DNA of 64,000 nucleotides from the human T2T-CHM13v2.0 reference genome, Homo sapiens, in assembly GCF_009914755.1 (NCBI RefSeq), contig NC_060927.1; one strand, written 5' to 3'. Under the pieces are notes generated by a model. It was not told the DNA's origin. It made no database searches and worked only from the letters and a program-made list of their open reading frames with translations. Shown piece by piece: positions 58,777 to 64,000 of this stretch. The translations under genes were made by a program, and so were the position numbers. How positions within the stretch are numbered: position 1 is the stretch's first letter; each line of letters opens with the position of its first letter.

Positions 58777-61700
58777 TACATAAAATATGAAAGTACATCA
58801 AATATAGACTATATACTGTAAATATAATATCAATGTACCCCAAATATATATTTTATACTCTACATGAAATATCAAAGTTCACAAACCATATATTATATAC
58901 TGTACATAAAATATCAAAGTACCCAAGGTATATATTCTATACTGTACAAAAAATATCAAAGTACCCAAAGCATGTATTATATACTGTACATAAAATATGA
59001 AAGTACATCAAATATATATTTTATTCTGTACATAAAATATCAAAGTACACCAGATATATATTCTATAGTGTACATAAAATATCAAAGTACCCAAACTATA
59101 CATTATATACTGTACATAAAATATGAAATTACATCAAATATATATTATATTAGGTACATGAAATTTGAAAGTACATCAAATATAGATTATATACTGTACA
59201 TAAAATATGAAAGTACCCCAAATATATATTATATACTCTACATGAAATATCAAAGTTCACAAACTATATATTATATACTGTACATAAAATATCAAAGTAC
59301 CCAAGGTATATATTCTATACTGTACAAAAAATATCAAAGTATCCAAAGCATGTATTATATACTGTATATAAAATATGAAAGTACATCAAATATATATTTT
59401 ATTCTGTACATAAAATATCAAAGTACACCAGATATATATTCTATAGTGTACATAAAATATCAAAGTACCCAAACTATACATTATATACTGTACATAAAAT
59501 ATGAAATTACAGCAAATATATATTATATTAGGTACATAAAATATGAAAGTACATCAAATATAGATTATATACTGTACATTAAATACCAAAGTACCCCAAA
59601 TATATATTTTATACTGTACATGAAATATCAAAGTTCACAAACTATATATTATATACTGTACATAATATATCAATGTACCCAAGGTATATATTCTATACTG
59701 CACAAAAAATATCAAAGTACCCAAAGCATGTATTATATACTGTATATAAAATATGAAAGTACATCAAATATATATTTTATTCTGTACATAAAATATCAAA
59801 GTACACCAGATATATATTCTATAGTGTACATAAAATAACAAAGTACACAAACTATAAATTATATCCTGTACATAAAATATGAAATTACATCAAATATATA
59901 TTAGGTACATAAAATATGAAAGTACATCAAATATAGATTATATACTGTACATTAAGTACCAAAGTACACCAAATATATATTTTATTCTGTACATAAAATA
60001 TCAAAGTACACCAGATATATATTCTATAGTGTACATAAAATATCAAAGTACCCAAACTATACATTATATACTGTACATAAAATATGAAATTACATCAAAT
60101 ATATATTATATTAGGTAAATGAAATATGAAAGTACATCAAATATAGATTATATACTGTACATAAAATATGAAAGTACCCCAAATATATATTATATACTCT
60201 ACATGAAATATCAAAGTTCACAAACTATATATTATATACTGTACATAAAATATCAAAGTACCCAAGGTATATATTCTATACTGTACAAAAAATATCAAAG
60301 TATCCAAAGCATGTATTATATACTGTATATAAAATATGAAAGTACATCAAATATATATTTTATTCTGTACATAAAATATCAAAGTACACCAGATATATAT
60401 TCTATAGTGTACATAAAATATCAAAGTACCCAAACTATACATTATATACTGTACATAAAATATGAAATTACAGCAAATATATATTATATTAGGTACATAA
60501 AATATGAAAGTACATCAAATATAGATTATATACTCTACATTAAATACCAAAGTACCCCAAATATATATTTTATACTGTACATGAAATATCAAAGTTCACA
60601 AACTATATATTATATACTGTACATAAAATATCAATGTACCCAAGGTATATATTCTATACTGTACAAAAAATATCAAAGTACCCAAAGCATGTATTATATA
60701 CTGTACATAAAATATGAAAGTACATCAAATATATATTTTATTCTGTACATAAAATATCAAAGTACACCAGATATATATTCTATAGTGTACATAAAATATC
60801 AAAGTACCCAAACTATACATTATATACTGTACATAAAATATGAAATTACATCAAATATATATTATATTAGGTAAATGAAATATGAAAGTACATCAAATAT
60901 AGATTATATACTGTACATAAAATATGAAAGTACCCCAAATATATATTATATACTCTACATGAAATATCAAAGTTCACAAACTATATATTATATACTGTCC
61001 ATAAAATATCAAAGTACCCAAGGTATATATTTTATACTGTACAAAAAATATCAAAGTACCCAAAGCATGTATTATATACTATACCTAAAATATGAAAGTA
61101 CATCAAATATATATTTTATTCTGTACATAAAATATCAAAGTACACCAGATATATATTCTACAGTGTATATAAAATATCAAAGTACCCAAACTATACATTA
61201 TATACTGTACATAAAATATGAAATTACATCAAATATATATTATATTAGGTACATAAAATATGAAAGTACATGAAGTATAGATTATATACTGTACATAAAA
61301 TATCAAAGTACCCCAAATTTATATTATATACTATACATGAAATATCAAAGTTCACAAACTATATATTATATACTGTACATAAAATATCAAAGTACCCAAG
61401 GTATATATTCTATAGTGTACAAAAAATATCAAAGTACCCAAAGCATGTATTATATACCGTACGTAAAATATAAAATTACATCAAATATATATTTTATTCT
61501 GTACATAAAATATCAAAGTACACCAGATATATATACTATAGTGTACATAAAATATCAAAGTACCCAAACTATACATTATACACTGCACATAAAATATGAA
61601 ATTACATCAAATATATATTAGGTACATAAAATATGAAAGTACATCAAATATAGATTATATACTGTAAATATAATATCAATGTACCCCAAATATATATTTT

Positions 61701-64000
61701 ATACTCTACATGAAATATCAAAGTTCACAAACCATATATTATATACTGTACATAAAATATCAAAGTACCCAAGGTATATATTCTATACTGTACAAAAAAT
61801 ATCAAAGTACCCAAAGCATGTATTATATACTGTACATAAAATATGAAAGTACATCAAATATATATTTTATTCTGTACATAAAATATCAAAGTACACCAGA
61901 TATATATTCTATAGTGTACATAAAATATCAAAGTACCCAAACTATACGTTATATACTGTACATAAAATATGAAATTACATCAAATATATATTATATTAGG
62001 TACATGAAATTTGAAAGTACATCAAATATAGATTATATACTGTACATAAAATATGAAAGTACCCCAAATATATATTATATACTCTACATGAAATATCAAA
62101 GTTCACAAACTATATATTATATACTGTACATAAAATATCAAAGTACCCAAGGTATATATTCTATACTGTACAAAAAATATCAAAGTATCCAAAGCATGTA
62201 TTATATACTGTATATAAAATATGAAAGTACATCAAATATATATTTTATTCTGTACATAAAATATCAAAGTACACCAGATATATATTCTATAGTGTACATA
62301 AAATATCAAAGTACCCAAACTATACATTATATACTGTACATAAAATATGAAATTACAGCAAATATACATTATATTAGGTACATAAAATATGAAAGTACAT
62401 CAAATATAGACTATATACCCTACATTAAATACCAAAGTACCCCAAATATATATTTTATACTGTACATGAAATATCAAAGTTCACAAACTATATATTATAT
62501 ACTGTACATAAAATATCAATGTACCCAAGGTATATATTCTATACTGCACAAAAAATATCAAAGTACCCAAAGCATGTATTATATACTGTATATAAAATAT
62601 GAAAGTACATCAAATATATATTTTATTCTGTACATAAAATATCAAAGTACACCAGATATATATTCTATAGTGTACATAAAATATCAAAGTACCCAAACTA
62701 TACATTATATACTGTACATAAAATATGAAATTACATCAAATATATATTATATTAGGTACATAAAATACGAAAGTACATCAAATATAGATTATATACTGTA
62801 CATAAAATATGAAAGTACCCCAATATATATTATATACTCTACATGAAATATCAAAGTTCACAAACTATATATTATGTACTGTACATAAAATATCAAACTA
62901 CCCAAGGTATATATTCTATACTGTACAAAAAATATCAAAGTACCCAAAGCATGTATTATATAATGTACATAAAATATGAAAGTACATCAAATATATATTT
63001 TATTCTGTACATAAAATATCAAAGAACACCAGATATATATTCTATAGTGTACATAAAATATCAAAGTACCCAAACTATACATTATATACTGTACATAAAA
63101 TATGAAATTACATCAAATATATATTATATTAGGTACATAAAATATGAAAGTACATCAAATATAGATTATATACTGTAAATATAATATCAATGTACCCCAA
63201 ATATATATTTTATACTCTACATGAAATATCAAAGTTCACAAACCATATATTTTATACTGTACATAAAATATCAAAGTACCCAAGGTATATATTCTATACT
63301 GTACAAAAAATATCAAAGTACCCAAAGCATGTATTATATACTATACCTAAAATATGAAAGTACATCAAATATATATTTTATTCTGTACATAAAATTTCAA
63401 AGTACACCAGATATATATTCTACAGTGTACATAAAATATCAAAGTACCCAAACTATACATTATATACTGTACATAAAATATGAAATTACATCAAATATAT
63501 ATTATATTAGGTACATAAAATACGAAAGTACATCAAATATAGATTATATACTGTACATAAAATATCAAAGTACCCCAATATATATTATATACTGTACATG
63601 AAATATCAAAGTTCACAAACTATATATTATGTACTGTACATAAAATATCAAAGTACCCAAGGTATATATTCTATACTGAACAAAAAATATCAAAGTACCC
63701 AAAGCATGTATTATATAATGTACATAAAATATGAAAGTACATCAAATATATATTTTATTCTGTACATAAAATATCAAAGTACACCAGATATATATTCTAT
63801 AGCGTACATAAAATATCAAAGTACACAAACTATACATTATATACTGTACATAAAATATGAAATTACATCAAATATATATTATATTAGGTACATAAAATAT
63901 GAAAGTACATCAAATATAGATTATATACTGTAAATATAATATCAATGTACCCCAAATATATATTTTATACTCTACATGAAATATCAAAGTTCACAAACCA

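Larger units (their letters stand above)
1..64000 (+). repeat. Human satellite 1A (HSat1A / SAR) array, 42-bp monomer, (peri)centromeric or acrocentric-type heterochromatin
   Basis: Continuous tandem 42-bp units with two GTAC (RsaI) sites per consensus monomer, giving the alternating 17-bp (ACATAAAATAT[C/G]AAAGT) and 25-bp (ACCCAAA..ATATATTATATACTGT) sub-units described for classical human satellite I. Very high AT content, no unique sequence, and the array runs off both window ends. Family assignment is from recalled consensus, not a database search. Confidence 0.95.

Noticed and set aside
17-63933. Protein-coding genes or an operon of tandem repeat proteins suggested by the ORF track
   Set aside because: The ORFs are translations of a 42-bp satellite whose period is a multiple of 3. 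They are broken by recurrent stops and frameshifts and have no non-repetitive domains or gene context.
1-64000. CRISPR-like array (conserved GTACATAAAATATCAAAGT with variable intervening segments)
   Set aside because: The intervening segments are homologous to one another and cycle every nine monomers rather than being unique spacers. There is no leader or cas gene.
1-64000. Alpha satellite with CENP-B boxes, HSat2/3, HSat1B or telomeric repeat
   Set aside because: There is no 171-bp period, no CENP-B box, no CATTC/GGAAT pentamer runs, no Alu-derived 2.4-kb unit and no TTAGGG.
1-64000. Inversion breakpoint or transposon (Alu/L1) insertion within the array
   Set aside because: All monomers read in the same orientation and marker spacing is fully accounted for by whole monomers and small deletions. 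No foreign sequence or poly(A) tail was seen.
1-64000. Assignment to a specific chromosome or individual
   Set aside because: HSat1A arrays on several chromosomes share the 378-bp unit. Placement needs a k-mer search that cannot be run here.

Overview
The whole 64 kb window is one uninterrupted, single-orientation array of an extremely AT-rich 42-bp tandem satellite (consensus approx. ACATAAAATATCAAAGT-ACCCAAACTATATATTATATACTGT). It matches human classical satellite 1A (HSat1A, RepBase SAR; a great-ape orthologue cannot be excluded). The roughly 1,500 monomers are organised into a 9-monomer, 378-bp nested repeat (roughly 165 copies). I see no genes, RNA genes, transposons, CRISPR arrays or unique sequence. 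The ORF track reflects the repeat (42 and 378 are multiples of 3 and one + frame is nearly stop-free), but it is a useful barcode of repeat variants. It reveals structural variants of the 9-mer (5-, 6-, 8-, 13- and 14-mers, plus 373/376/377-bp indel forms), multi-kb near-identical duplications (offsets 1132, 1880, 2425, 2845, 4691, 5276, 6785, 9210, 31179, 58517 bp) and a more divergent central domain at about 29-35 kb. The most speculative ideas are a strand-specific density of Pumilio response elements (TGTAHATA) and a quasi-palindrome perfected by two different recurrent variants. Duplication boundaries were read by eye and are approximate.
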